A stretch of 64,000 nt of DNA, taken from Candidatus Bathyarchaeota archaeon. GTDB lineage: Archaea > Thermoproteota > Bathyarchaeia > TCS64. Positions within the stretch are counted from its first letter, which is position 1, and the number at the start of each line of letters is the position of its first letter. Shown here piece by piece: positions 1 through 10,751 of this stretch. Under the pieces are notes generated by a model that saw only the letters and a program-made list of their open reading frames with translations, made no database searches and was not told the DNA's origin. The stretch lies in the NCBI GenBank assembly GCA_041304325.1, contig JBFYNP010000067.1, positions 3,070 through 67,069 on the forward strand. The letters are read 5' to 3'. Position numbers and translations under genes: made by a program.

Positions 1-224
1 TTTTTTTAAGAGAATATTTATCTACCTTAATTTATTTTTAAATTAACGCCTTTCAATTTAGTGTTTTATAAAGTACTTATGTTATATATCAAATGTAGAT
101 TATTAATATGAATATTGATATGATATAATATTCTGCTATCTATAAACGGTAATATGTATCAAAAATACATAAACCATATAATAGAAAAATGTATCAATGA
201 AATGTTGAGGGCAGATGAGACCAT

Positions 225-1235
225 ATGGTGAACAATAGCACTTTAGAAATCGTTCAGTGCCCCAATTGTGGTAGTGTTGTTCCGAAAAGACTGTATTGCC
301 GTAAATGTGGAAAAGTGTTGTTGAATGCAACCTCAAAAACTTTATCGGAATCAGCAATAAAAAACGAAGACTTAGCCTTAGATGTTGATTCTGAAAAAGA
401 AGTTGCCAAGAAGAAAAAAACATTGTCTTCGGATAGAACTGCTCTTGAACAGCTTCAACAAATTCGACATGAAGCAAAATTGAGAGAGAATTCCAGACAA
501 GCGGCGATAGAAGTTACATCCCAAGTAGACCAAGAAGCGTTAGAAGAAGATGAAGAACAAGAAGCATCTATAATTACCAATAATCTTATTCCAGAAGAAA
601 CTGAATTAATCATGAATCAACCCATTTCAGAAAAAAATAAAATTTATGAGGAGAAAATAGTGTCGCAAAAAAATGAGTCAAAACCCTACATGCCAGATTT
701 ATACGTTAAAGAAATCGTCGAGAAAATGGCTAAATCCGTAAAATATGAGGTAAACCTCGTACAACTATTACAAGAAGGCCAGATGACTGAGGAAATTTTC
801 ACACGTCTCTTCAATGGTATGGCGGATGAAACTCATGGTCTTATAACACGCAGGGAAGAAGTCTTATATGAACTTGTTAGTTTGATGAAAGGTTACGAAT
901 CAACAGTATTATCAGCGCAACAAGGTATGAAATTACTGGACCTTAGAAAATCAATTGGAGATGCATCAGAAGAAGAGTTTGTCGTAAAGTCGTCTGCTTT
1001 GAATTGGGATATAAAGAACTATGGAAACAAAATCATGGATGGTCGCCAAAGATCTGATTATCTGAAATCTCTGGGTAAACTTATTCCTGAAGAAGAGCTT
1101 AAGGAGCTTGAGAATTCCTCGTCAAAATACTCAAAAGATGTTAGTTCGATAAATGTTAGCAAAGCCGTGCAAGAACGAATAATAAAGGCGATGCAGGAAG
1201 CAACGTCACTTTTAAGCGAAGCATCTGAGTTTTAG
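225..1235 (+). CDS. Hypothetical protein with an N-terminal zinc ribbon, an acidic low-complexity linker and a helical C-terminal domain
   Basis: 336-aa ORF. N-terminus has CPNCG...CRKCG (a 4-Cys ribbon), followed by an E/D/K-rich linker. No family recognised. Confidence 0.5.
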   Translation: MVNNSTLEIVQCPNCGSVVPKRLYCRKCGKVLLNATSKTLSESAIKNEDLALDVDSEKEVAKKKKTLSSDRTALEQLQQIRHEAKLRENSRQAAIEVTSQVDQEALEEDEEQEASIITNNLIPEETELIMNQPISEKNKIYEEKIVSQKNESKPYMPDLYVKEIVEKMAKSVKYEVNLVQLLQEGQMTEEIFTRLFNGMADETHGLITRREEVLYELVSLMKGYESTVLSAQQGMKLLDLRKSIGDASEEEFVVKSSALNWDIKNYGNKIMDGRQRSDYLKSLGKLIPEEELKELENSSSKYSKDVSSINVSKAVQERIIKAMQEATSLLSEASEF

Positions 1236-1251
1236 TTTTAACACTTTTTCC

Positions 1252-1680
1252 TCATAAACTCGAGCGCGATTCAAAACTATGAAGTATATTGTCTATAGAT
1301 TCGATTGTATTTGCCCCAGTAACTCTAAAATATTTTCTTAATATTCGGCGTTTCTCCTTATCTACTTTTACTCCTATTCCCTCTAAGAGAGAGGTAAGTC
1401 GATGGGCTTGTTTCATACCGGATTCGTCAAAATCAGTCAGTACAAGAACTTTGTTCGAGGTTTCTGATATATTAATGGCTAGATTAGGGAATGAGACATT
1501 TAAATGAGAGATTATATTTATTTTACCAAGGTAACCTAAATCTCTTATCGCTTTAACATCTCTTGTACCTTCAACAATTATGAGATCTGTAGTCGTGTTT
1601 AAATCAAGTAAAATGGACTGTATTTTTTCTAGCGCCTCTGCACAGCGTTTATCTCTTATCATTCCGATCACTTGAAACAA
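1252..1680 (-). CDS. Small Toprim-domain protein (archaeal small primase-like/RNase M5-like family)
   Basis: Has IIVEGTRD (Toprim Glu) and VLVLTDFDESG (DxD) motifs. The 5' end overlaps the 3' end of the upstream glycerate kinase gene. Confidence 0.7.
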   Translation of the reverse strand: MFQVIGMIRDKRCAEALEKIQSILLDLNTTTDLIIVEGTRDVKAIRDLGYLGKINIISHLNVSFPNLAINISETSNKVLVLTDFDESGMKQAHRLTSLLEGIGVKVDKEKRRILRKYFRVTGANTIESIDNILHSFESRSSL

Positions 1681-3043
1681 GGATCAGATGTATATCGTTT
1701 ACATTTGTCCCAGTAGGTCCGGTTATCAAAGTATCTCCAAGCTTATTCAGATAGTTATGAGAATCATTTTCTCTCAAGCTTTTCTCAAGATTAAACCCAG
1801 CTTTAAAGGCCCTTAGTAATGTTACACCGTCCACTAAACCTCCAGCTGAGTCTGTAGGTCCATCTACGCCATCGGTCCCTATTGAGGTGACAACGCAGTG
1901 CAGATCTTTTATTTTCTTAAGTGCGCCTAACACAAGCTCCTGATTCCTTCCTCCCTTGCCTGAACCGTGGACCTTTACTGTGGTCTCTCCACCCGCGATC
2001 ACCGCTGCCGGTGACTGAAGAGGTCTACCGCTTTGAACAATCTCCCCCGCGATAGCAGCGTAAACTTCCCCAACAATTTTAGCTTCTCCCTCGATTAGGC
2101 TGGAGAGTATTAGTGTGTTATAGCCGTGTTTTTTTGCTTCTCGTTCTGCTGCTTCTAAAGCAATCATGTTATTGGCGATGACAACGTTTTGAACTCTACT
2201 AAATATTGGGTCGTTAGTTTTTGGTGTTTCTAGTATTTCTCCTCGAAGTCCTTGGGTAAGCCTGTTTTTAACATTCTCCGGTGCTATATCCCAAACTCCG
2301 GTTTTCGTCATAATAGTAATTGCGTCATTAAAAGTTGAAGGATCTGGTGCTGTCGGTCCAGAAGCGATGATATCTATTGGATCACCAACAACGTCTGAGA
2401 GGATAAGTGTCAAAATGTCAGCCTTTCCACATGCCCTAGCTAGCTGTCCTCCTTTGAATCCGTCGAGATGTTTTCTAACAATGTTGAGTTCGTTTATCGT
2501 AGCGCCTTGTTTTAGAAGCAATGATGTGATAGTTTGGAGGTCTTGAAGGCAAAGTCCTTCAGCGGGCAGAGGCATCAAAGCTGATCCTCCTCCAGATATC
2601 AAACAAATGACTAGGTCTTTCTCAGAACATCCTTTAACCATTTTTAGTATTATTTTAACGCCTTTTACTCCATTATCGTCAGGTATTGGATGAGAACAGT
2701 GATTCAGCTTCACGTATTTTAGATTATATTGATTTTGGTCCCTGGGTATGTTAAGGAAACCATCGGTTATACTGTCACCGAAAATGAGTTCAATTGCTTT
2801 TCCCATTCGACCTCCTGCTTTTCCACCACCTATTATGAAGACTCGTGAGTATTTTTTAAGGTCATAAACGCGTTCTTCGACTTTGAGTAAACATCCACTG
2901 CGTGTTATCTTATTTAAAATGGCTTTTTCTGGATCAGCTGCATTTAACGCGGCTTCTAGGATTTCCAATGCATCTATACGCATTTGTTGGTATGCTTCAT
3001 TTGAACCATTGTTGATTACTTGATCTCTATTGATGAAATGCAT
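1649..3043 (-). CDS. Glycerate 2-kinase / hydroxypyruvate reductase-like protein (DUF4147 + MOFRL family)
   Basis: 464 aa. Has the GGGKAGGRMG motif and the length and layout typical of MOFRL glycerate kinases. Confidence 0.8.
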   Translation of the reverse strand: MHFINRDQVINNGSNEAYQQMRIDALEILEAALNAADPEKAILNKITRSGCLLKVEERVYDLKKYSRVFIIGGGKAGGRMGKAIELIFGDSITDGFLNIPRDQNQYNLKYVKLNHCSHPIPDDNGVKGVKIILKMVKGCSEKDLVICLISGGGSALMPLPAEGLCLQDLQTITSLLLKQGATINELNIVRKHLDGFKGGQLARACGKADILTLILSDVVGDPIDIIASGPTAPDPSTFNDAITIMTKTGVWDIAPENVKNRLTQGLRGEILETPKTNDPIFSRVQNVVIANNMIALEAAEREAKKHGYNTLILSSLIEGEAKIVGEVYAAIAGEIVQSGRPLQSPAAVIAGGETTVKVHGSGKGGRNQELVLGALKKIKDLHCVVTSIGTDGVDGPTDSAGGLVDGVTLLRAFKAGFNLEKSLRENDSHNYLNKLGDTLITGPTGTNVNDIHLILVSSDRNDKR

Positions 3044-3098
3044 AAGGGATAATCCCTTAAGAAAATAGTTTATGCTAGTAAAAAAGAGGTTGGATACC

Positions 3099-5309
3099 TT
3101 ACTCCCTGATAAAGAATTCTGAGGCTTGAGGTGGATCCGGGCTCATGCCTTTTCTAGTACGAATACTCTTTATCACATCAGGCAGGAGGCTATCAGGAAC
3201 GGATGCCCAATGATCGAAGGTGCTCTGCCAGAAAGCGGTTCCACTCGTCGCAGCGCGCATCTCACTGCTGAATCCAATTGTCTCACTAACAGGTACGAAC
3301 CCAGTAATTACTGCTACCGCTCCTTGTTGATCCATCTCATGTACTCTTCCGCGTTTTTTACTGACGAGACCTGTCACATTGCCCATTTCATTTAGAGGTA
3401 CACGAATTTGTATCTTGTAGATAGGTTCTAGAAGTGTTGGTCTACATGAGAGTATACCCGCGTATAGAGCACCACGAACCGCAGGCATCATTTGAGCAGG
3501 TCCACGGTGGACAGGGTCTTCATGGAGGGCTACATCGACCATAGCAACCATTATGCCTCTGACTATTTCACCAGCAAGAGGTCCGTTCTGGAGTGCCCAG
3601 GTGAAGCCTCCTCTGATATGTTCTTTTACCTCACGGATGCCCTGAATACCTACAGTAGTGTCTATCATCATGTTAGCGTTCTCGTTGATGGCGAATACGC
3701 TACGAGCTTCTTTTGTGGTCCAGTTTACTTTCTCGATAAGGATCTCTTCCATCTTTCTCTGGCTGGTGATCATGCTTATGTCACCGTTGCGGATCAAATC
3801 GATGATCCTCTCATCAAGTGGGCTGAAGCTAAAGTAGACTTTGTTGTGTTTGTTGGGGCTTTTTCCCATGAATGGGCCGTTTGATTCTCGGATGCTTTCG
3901 CGGTAAACGACAGTTGGCTCGCTCTCTGTGACATCTAAATTATACTCGCGTTTCAGATCCTTCAAAGCGATCTCTAAGTGAAGTTCACCCTGACCCGATA
4001 GCAAGTATTCTCCAGTCTCCTGGTTAATTGTTGTAACGAGGTTAGGATCCTGTATGCTAAGCTTCTGCATTGCATCGATTAGACGCGGAAGATCCGTAGG
4101 TTTCTTCGGTTCAACAGCAACAGTAAGAACTGGATCTGAAGCGTATTTTATTGACTCAAAACCAATGGCTCCTTCTTTAAGGGACATGTCTACTAAGGTT
4201 TCACCTGCACGTCCTTCACCAATACCTAGGAGTGCAATAATGTTTCCAGCTGGAATCTCATCGACGATTTCACGATACTGCCCCATATATATGCTGACTT
4301 GTTGAGTTTTAACCGGTTTTGTCGCATTTACCATCCAGAATTCTTGTCCCTTACGTAGAGTTCCACTGAATATTCTACCTGTGCTAACAACACCAGCCTG
4401 TGGGTCAATAACAATATTTGTTATACATACAATTGTTGGGCCGTTTGCATCTAGAGCATACATCGCTTTACCCATTGGGCTGTCGGGTTCACCCTTCCAG
4501 ATTGTCTTAAGACGACGAGGTTGAGAAATAATTGGGTTAGGGAGGTGCTGCACAGCCATGCTTAGAATCGCTTCTGCAAGGGGCAGTTTCTCCTGTAGTT
4601 CTTCCAGTTTACCATCTTGATACATTTGTACCATCTGTTTGAAAGAAATACCTTTTTTCTGGAGTAATGGTAAGGTGAATCCCCAGCGGTCAAGGGCGGA
4701 ACCAAATGCGACCTGCCCGATACCTGCATTTACTAACCACTCGTTTTTAATATCATCAGAGCCGTAGGTTTGAACAATGGTATTAAACTGGCCGATGATT
4801 CTAAGAATTTTTTTCTGAACCATATCGGCATCCATTTTAAGTTCTTTGATAAGCCTGTCAAATTTATTTATGTAGAGAACTGGCCTTACCTGTTCATCTA
4901 AAGCTAGTCTGAGGCGAACCTCAGTCATGATTTGGAACTCCTCAACGGCATCATCGAGCAGAATACACCCATCTAGAGCCCTCATAGCCCTTGTGACTTT
5001 TCCACTAAAGTCTACGTGGCCGGGAGTATCGATTAAGTTAATGACAAATGGTTGTCCTTTTTCATCCTCATAAAGTAGACTTATATTAGCGGTTTTAATG
5101 GTGATGCCACGTTTCTGTTCCTCCTCGAGATAGTCCAAGGCACGGGCTTCACCTGCTCTCCCTGGAGCCATTAGTCCTGCCGAGGCGAGAAGACTGTCAC
5201 TCATAGTCGTTTTTCCGTGGTCGATGTGAGCGATTATGCCGATATTCCTAATATGCTCTTTGTCACCCATGAGTTTTAGGATCTCAGATGTTTGCTTATA
5301 GCGTACCAT
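3099..5309 (-). CDS. fusA: Translation elongation factor 2 (aEF-2)
   Basis: 736 aa. Has G1 AHIDHGKTT, DTPGHVDF, and the diphthamide-region HEDPVHRG. Confidence 0.97.
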   Translation of the reverse strand: MVRYKQTSEILKLMGDKEHIRNIGIIAHIDHGKTTMSDSLLASAGLMAPGRAGEARALDYLEEEQKRGITIKTANISLLYEDEKGQPFVINLIDTPGHVDFSGKVTRAMRALDGCILLDDAVEEFQIMTEVRLRLALDEQVRPVLYINKFDRLIKELKMDADMVQKKILRIIGQFNTIVQTYGSDDIKNEWLVNAGIGQVAFGSALDRWGFTLPLLQKKGISFKQMVQMYQDGKLEELQEKLPLAEAILSMAVQHLPNPIISQPRRLKTIWKGEPDSPMGKAMYALDANGPTIVCITNIVIDPQAGVVSTGRIFSGTLRKGQEFWMVNATKPVKTQQVSIYMGQYREIVDEIPAGNIIALLGIGEGRAGETLVDMSLKEGAIGFESIKYASDPVLTVAVEPKKPTDLPRLIDAMQKLSIQDPNLVTTINQETGEYLLSGQGELHLEIALKDLKREYNLDVTESEPTVVYRESIRESNGPFMGKSPNKHNKVYFSFSPLDERIIDLIRNGDISMITSQRKMEEILIEKVNWTTKEARSVFAINENANMMIDTTVGIQGIREVKEHIRGGFTWALQNGPLAGEIVRGIMVAMVDVALHEDPVHRGPAQMMPAVRGALYAGILSCRPTLLEPIYKIQIRVPLNEMGNVTGLVSKKRGRVHEMDQQGAVAVITGFVPVSETIGFSSEMRAATSGTAFWQSTFDHWASVPDSLLPDVIKSIRTRKGMSPDPPQASEFFIRE

Positions 5310-5459
5310 AGGTTAATCAAACCTTTTCCGAATTGGGTATAGACACAAGAAAGGCTCTTTTAAACCTATTTATCGGTTCATTCAAGTAATTATTAGATCA
5401 CTTCACCGATATTCTAATGCAATTAATTTATTTAAAAATATAAAAAATAAAAATAAGTT

Positions 5460-6512
5460 TTACTTGTTCTCTTTTTCGTTCTGTAAATAGCAGATATCAT
5501 TTTTGCTTCGAAGAATGTTATTTATACTTATTTCAGCAATGGCTGAGCTGTGTTCGGATATTATTTTGAGTTCCCAAGCGATTTTGTTAAAGTAATTTGT
5601 CAGCTCAGAATGGCTACTCTGGAACTCCTTTAAAAGTTTCTCTTCTTCCTGTTCTACAGCATCATGCAGATCTACGGCATCACTTGCTACCTTGATATCT
5701 TTCTCAGTAGTACTTTTCATCGCTTTATCAAACATTGTGAAACTTATGAGTGCCATCTGACTTAGGCGCTCAATTAACTGATCATCATGCTCTTTTCGAT
5801 TTGTTTCAAGTTTTAGAATATTTTTGGCAACAGAGCTCAAGCGATCCCCAATCATTTCTAGATACCAAACTATGAGATTATATTCAACTATCTCCATAGG
5901 GTCATTAATTCCAATGCTCTCAGAGATCGCTCGGTTCTGTTGAGCTAAAGCCAGTAACCTGGCGAGTAACCAGAAAATGGTGTTGGCTTCATGCTCTCTT
6001 GTGATGGCATCTTTCGCTAGTTCTTTATCATGGTCAATAAGGCTATCAATTGACTCTTTGAACATAATGCTTGTAATTACGTAAAGACGTTTAACTACGG
6101 TTTTGAGAGGAAAATTCTTAGGATCAATGCTGCACTGGAGAAGAAGATGTTTATCACTCTCTTCGATAATACCGATTCCAAGAAGTTGCTGTGTGACTTT
6201 ACGTATACTCTCAATTTGTTCGCGCATTAATCTACGGTTTGACTCTACTCGAATTACGCTTCGTCCCAGCATGTAATTACCTATGATTACCCTTGCAAGT
6301 ATCATAGCGTTATCGCACTCGTCGGCATTTACAATGTATACCGAAGTGTTTTCGATTTTATTAGACTCAGGTGATATCCGAAGAGCTCCATCATTTTCCT
6401 CGTTTAGGAATACTATGTCTCCTTTTTTCACGTTCATTTTCTTAGCCCAATTCATAGGGATAGAAACACTAAGAGTGCTATAACCGACCTTCTGAATTTT
6501 TCTTGGCTCCAT
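5460..6512 (-). CDS. AbrB/SpoVT-domain plus PhoU-domain phosphate uptake regulator-like protein
   Basis: The N-terminal SpoVT/AbrB-like beta domain (VGYSTLSVSIPMNWAKKMNVKKGD) is followed by helical PhoU-like repeats. This is a common archaeal architecture. Confidence 0.8.
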   Translation of the reverse strand: MEPRKIQKVGYSTLSVSIPMNWAKKMNVKKGDIVFLNEENDGALRISPESNKIENTSVYIVNADECDNAMILARVIIGNYMLGRSVIRVESNRRLMREQIESIRKVTQQLLGIGIIEESDKHLLLQCSIDPKNFPLKTVVKRLYVITSIMFKESIDSLIDHDKELAKDAITREHEANTIFWLLARLLALAQQNRAISESIGINDPMEIVEYNLIVWYLEMIGDRLSSVAKNILKLETNRKEHDDQLIERLSQMALISFTMFDKAMKSTTEKDIKVASDAVDLHDAVEQEEEKLLKEFQSSHSELTNYFNKIAWELKIISEHSSAIAEISINNILRSKNDICYLQNEKENK

Positions 6513-7058
6513 AAGATACTTCCTTACAGTAAATACCCGTAGCCACGGATGTTGACTGTACTCACTAAAGTAATTATTTAAATGTATCTTATATGATAAA
6601 ACTATACTATTTGTATAACATATACTCTTTTATGGAGTTTGTTTAGACGTGGAGACAATAATCATACGATCGAAGGACGCGATTTATGTCTATAAAGTTG
6701 GATACTCCCTTTAACGGAGTGTTAATAAAAAGCTAAGTTGAGCGCTGAATAAACCCCTAAAAATGCCTTAAACCTCTTTCTCTAAGGCGATTTATTTAAT
6801 CATCAAAGAAACTTGTTTTACCTTTAAATCTTAAAACTTGTATTATTTAATAAAATGACTCGGATTTATGCCCTATTTATCAATTGGTCTAGTGTTGGGG
6901 TTGCTCTTTACTTAGATACAATTTCCGTCTATGATGTAAATAACTTAGGCTAACATTTTTTATTATTACTGGATAGAAAAACATTCAGATATCGAAAATT
7001 TAAACATCTACAAAAACGAGATCTTTCATATTTTCTTAATCAAATCGCATACGCGATA

Positions 7059-7856
7059 TCAAGAAAATATCAGGTTGAACCCAAATAGTTTAGGGAAAGG
7101 CGGAAGGAAGAATTTTACATACAATACTATTGCTAGCGTCAAGAGAGAGATCGCAAGTACTATCCAGTCTAGCTTCTCCATTTTTAATTCGAATAGGTTT
7201 GTCCTATTCTTGGTTGTTCCAAATCCGCGGCTTTCCATAGCTTCAGCTAGTTCGAGACTTCGTCTGATGCTGTTAATGATTAAAGGTAGGAGTATGGGGA
7301 TGTATTTCCGGATCCTGGTTAGGAAACCGCCTTTATCAAGTTCAAGTCCACGAGATCTCTGAGCATCTATGATGGTTTGAGCCTCATCTGCAAGAACCGG
7401 TACGAAACGGATTGCTGTAATAAAAGCGAAGTTGAATTCATATGGGACTCTCGCCTTCTCAAGCGCGAGGCTAAGGCTGTCCGGACTTGTTGTTAGGAAA
7501 AAAATGCTAAAGCTTGTGATCATCGCGAGGAAACGTACAGTGAGTGCTAAACTGTACTCTACCAAATCCCAAGTCATTCCTCCGCTGCGGAAAAAATAGA
7601 AGCTTATGATATTGGTTGTGAAGATGATTACAGCTAAAAAAGCTCCTCCTTTCAATGTTTTCAACCATGCACGGAAGATCTTTCCTGTTACAACGAGGGG
7701 TATCTGAGCGAGTAAAATTACTGTTAATGGCAGCAGATCAAAGAACATAATCCCTGAGAGAAAGATGATCACCGTCATTAGAAACTTTATTCGTGGATCC
7801 AGTTTATGGAGGGGTGAGTCACCTCGGGAAAAGCGAAGACCTTCTAGCAGACTCAT
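7059..7856 (-). CDS. ecfT: ECF transporter transmembrane (T) component, EcfT/CbiQ family
   Basis: 265-aa polytopic membrane protein with the C-terminal ARG motifs typical of EcfT (AIRFVP...RSRG). ATGA overlap with the upstream ATPase gene. Confidence 0.85.
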   Translation of the reverse strand: MSLLEGLRFSRGDSPLHKLDPRIKFLMTVIIFLSGIMFFDLLPLTVILLAQIPLVVTGKIFRAWLKTLKGGAFLAVIIFTTNIISFYFFRSGGMTWDLVEYSLALTVRFLAMITSFSIFFLTTSPDSLSLALEKARVPYEFNFAFITAIRFVPVLADEAQTIIDAQRSRGLELDKGGFLTRIRKYIPILLPLIINSIRRSLELAEAMESRGFGTTKNRTNLFELKMEKLDWIVLAISLLTLAIVLYVKFFLPPFPKLFGFNLIFS

Positions 7857-9592
7857 ATTTTGATTCCCTTCACTTTTCTTGTTATTTGATCACAGGCTTC
7901 ATCTACATCCAATACGTCCTCAGGGAATCCATAATTTGAGAGTAAAGAGAAGAGTCTTGTGACTTCAGGAGGAGCAACGCTACATTCAGCTAACGCTTTG
8001 GAGTCGGACATGATTTTTTTAGCAGACCCATCTGCCACTATCCTGCCTTTAGCCATTAGTATTATTCGTGGTTGACTCTCTGCGACGAACTCTACATCAT
8101 GGGTGACTATGATAACTGTTGTACCTTGAATGCGAAGTTGCATTAGGAAGTGTCGTAACCTCTCTTTCTGGCCATAATCCTGTCCAATTGTTGGTTCATC
8201 CAGAACCAATATCTTAGGGTTCCAGGCAAGGACAGAGGCTAACGCAACTCTTTTTCTCTCACCTCCACTTAAGGTAAATGGACTTGATTTACGGTAACGC
8301 TCGATATCTAGAATGTTCAATGCCCATTCAACGCGTTCTTTTATTACTTCCTCTTTGAAACCGAAATTACGTAATGCAAAACTTAATTCTTCTTCCACGT
8401 CTTCGGCGAATAGTTGGTCGTCGGGGTTTTGAAAAACGAGTCCGACATTCCGAGCGAGTGTTGCTACACTTACCTTAGATACGTCGGTACTGTCAATAAC
8501 TATTCGGCCTCGTTTTGGTTTTAATAGCCCATTGAGGTGTTTAACAAGGGTTGTTTTACCAGCTCCATTCTCACCCATAATCGCTACATATTCGCCATTA
8601 CTGATGTTGAGGGTTACGCCTCTGATGGCTTCAACTCCACCGGGGTAACTATAATACAAATCATCAATTTTTACTAGTGGATTATGTTGTTGTACCCTGG
8701 TGATTTCATCAAATTCTTCAATTATTTTTTTCTTAATCTGAGGTTTAGGTTTGCCGAGGGATGGGTTGAGGTACTCGTAGAATTGATTTGCGTCTAGTGG
8801 AGTTTTAGGGATCATAAAGTTATGTGTTTTTAATCTTCGAGATAGTTCAAACATTCTGGGGATACCGACACCGATGAGCCGAGTTTTTTCATCGTTAAAT
8901 ATTTCTTCAGGGGAACCATCGTTTACGATCTCTCCCTGATTGAATATGATGATTCTGTCGAGATACTTTACTGCAAGGTCAAGACGATGTTCAATGAGTA
9001 TGATGGTTATTCCATGTTCTTTGTTAAGGTGATTTAGAACCTCGAATATTTTCTCAGCGCCAACTGGATCGAGAAAGCTTGTTGGTTCATCCATCACTAT
9101 GATGCGAGGATGCATTGCTAGAATTCCCGCGATGGTAAGTCTCTGCTTCTGACCCCCACTCAGTTCGTGGGTTCCCCGCTGAAGTAGTTGATCAATATCT
9201 GTGAGTTTTGCTGATTCATCGATCTCTTCTCTCATCTTTATCTTGGGGATTCCAAGGTTTTCAAGGCCGAAAGCAATATCTTTCTCAACGGTTAGTGCGA
9301 AAATCTGGTTGTCGGGGTTTTGAAAGATGAGTCCAACATGGCGCGCTAATTCCATAGTCTGGTGATCTCGGGTATCGAGTCCTACAACTTTAATCTCCCC
9401 TTTCATTTCTCCACTATAAAAATGAGGGACAAGACCGTTGAGGCATCGACAGAATGTTGTTTTACCGCATCCGCTTGGGCCGGTTAGAAGTATGAATTCT
9501 CCTTCTTCTATGTTAAGGGTTATCCCTTTTAGGGCGGGAGCTGAAGTGTTGGGATATGTGTACCATAAATCTTTGACTTCAATGATGCCCAT
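7853..9592 (-). CDS. Fused ECF transporter ATPase (two ABC domains, EcfA-EcfA')
   Basis: Two Walker A motifs (GPSGCGKTT, GENGAGKTT), two LSGG signatures and two Walker B motifs. The start at 9592 is preceded by GAGG; an alternative ATG at 9661 overlaps the upstream stop. Confidence 0.9.
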   Translation of the reverse strand: MGIIEVKDLWYTYPNTSAPALKGITLNIEEGEFILLTGPSGCGKTTFCRCLNGLVPHFYSGEMKGEIKVVGLDTRDHQTMELARHVGLIFQNPDNQIFALTVEKDIAFGLENLGIPKIKMREEIDESAKLTDIDQLLQRGTHELSGGQKQRLTIAGILAMHPRIIVMDEPTSFLDPVGAEKIFEVLNHLNKEHGITIILIEHRLDLAVKYLDRIIIFNQGEIVNDGSPEEIFNDEKTRLIGVGIPRMFELSRRLKTHNFMIPKTPLDANQFYEYLNPSLGKPKPQIKKKIIEEFDEITRVQQHNPLVKIDDLYYSYPGGVEAIRGVTLNISNGEYVAIMGENGAGKTTLVKHLNGLLKPKRGRIVIDSTDVSKVSVATLARNVGLVFQNPDDQLFAEDVEEELSFALRNFGFKEEVIKERVEWALNILDIERYRKSSPFTLSGGERKRVALASVLAWNPKILVLDEPTIGQDYGQKERLRHFLMQLRIQGTTVIIVTHDVEFVAESQPRIILMAKGRIVADGSAKKIMSDSKALAECSVAPPEVTRLFSLLSNYGFPEDVLDVDEACDQITRKVKGIKI

Positions 9593-9657
9593 TTGGATGC
9601 CTCTAGATCGTGGATTTCGATAAAATAACACGTGCCAATATATTTCAGTTGCGTCTA

Positions 9658-10656
9658 TCATACTTTTTGTGCATCGGTTTTAGTTTTGATGTGCGCAGAT
9701 ATTACTTCCAGTGTTTTATCTAAAAACTCTTCTTCATCGCCTTCTCCATTGATTCCTGCAGCTGTCGGGTGTCCTCCTCCAGTTCCTTTGTAACCTTCCG
9801 CAAGTTTTTTGGATATTTCTCCTAGATCGATATGGGTTTTCTGCCAGAAATCATCTGTTGAGCGGAAACTGGCTTGAATAGTGTTCTTGTCTTTTCCTAC
9901 TATAATCGCAACGTCAGCGCCTAGGACGATCAAAGCCCTAGCTGCGGAGGATTGGAAGGAGCTGAGATTTGAGGTAGCTATGAACCAAGATTCGATTCGA
10001 TGAATGCTCATTCTTTGAGCAGCTTTGAATCTAGCTGTTTTTTCGGATAGATCCATTGTTGATGCAAGAAGTTCTTTGGCTTTGAAAATTGTTGCACCTG
10101 ATTCAATTAGCTCGGCTACAACTCGCAAAGTTCTTGGTGTAGCTATAGCTAAATGACGTGAATCGAAAAGGATTCCAACAAGAATTGCTGTTGCTAACGT
10201 TTCATCAAGTGGAATATTCATCTCTTTTAATAATAAAAACACTATTTCGCATGTTGCGACGGATTCAGGGTCCCCCAGATAGAAGGTGGCCAGCTTCCGC
10301 ATTTCCGGGTCTGGCGTATGGTGATCGATGATAATTTTCTCTGTGTTGTAGTCTTTAAAACGAGGAGCCCACTGCTCAAGCTGCTTAATACTTCCTGTGT
10401 CCACGATTATTAAGGTGTCAACTTTAACAGTAATTGAATCCTTGAATACGTGCAACCCTAGATATTCAAGAGTTCTATCAGAGAGTTTACTCGCACCATC
10501 TGGGGTTATAACCTCCACAAACGCTGCTGGTTTTAGATGATGAATCATTCTTTTAATTGCGTATGCGGCACAGATAGCGTCAGGGTCAGCATTGTGATGA
10601 CATAGAATTTTGATGTCTCCCTGAATATGTTTTGCGAGCTCTCGGTATTTGCTCAA
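9658..10656 (-). CDS. DHH/DHHA1 family phosphoesterase (NrnA-like)
   Basis: Has the HHNADPDA, DHH (IIDHH) and GGGHPTAAG motifs. TTG start. Confidence 0.8.
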   Translation of the reverse strand: MSKYRELAKHIQGDIKILCHHNADPDAICAAYAIKRMIHHLKPAAFVEVITPDGASKLSDRTLEYLGLHVFKDSITVKVDTLIIVDTGSIKQLEQWAPRFKDYNTEKIIIDHHTPDPEMRKLATFYLGDPESVATCEIVFLLLKEMNIPLDETLATAILVGILFDSRHLAIATPRTLRVVAELIESGATIFKAKELLASTMDLSEKTARFKAAQRMSIHRIESWFIATSNLSSFQSSAARALIVLGADVAIIVGKDKNTIQASFRSTDDFWQKTHIDLGEISKKLAEGYKGTGGGHPTAAGINGEGDEEEFLDKTLEVISAHIKTKTDAQKV

Positions 10657-10751
10657 TTACTGTATCCCCTTCGAGAATGAAGATCTCACCCCAAATATAA
10701 CTGGGAGGGGTTTTAAATTCGATAAGACGTATATTTTCTTAGTGTTGCTCC

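Noticed and set aside
9593-9661. 23-codon N-terminal extension of the ECF ATPase starting at the ATGA overlap
   Set aside because: The extension (MIDATEIYWHVLFYRNPRSRGIQ) is not part of the ABC domain, and the internal ATG at 9592 has a GAGG box 7 nt upstream. It is not fully excluded, since translational coupling is possible.
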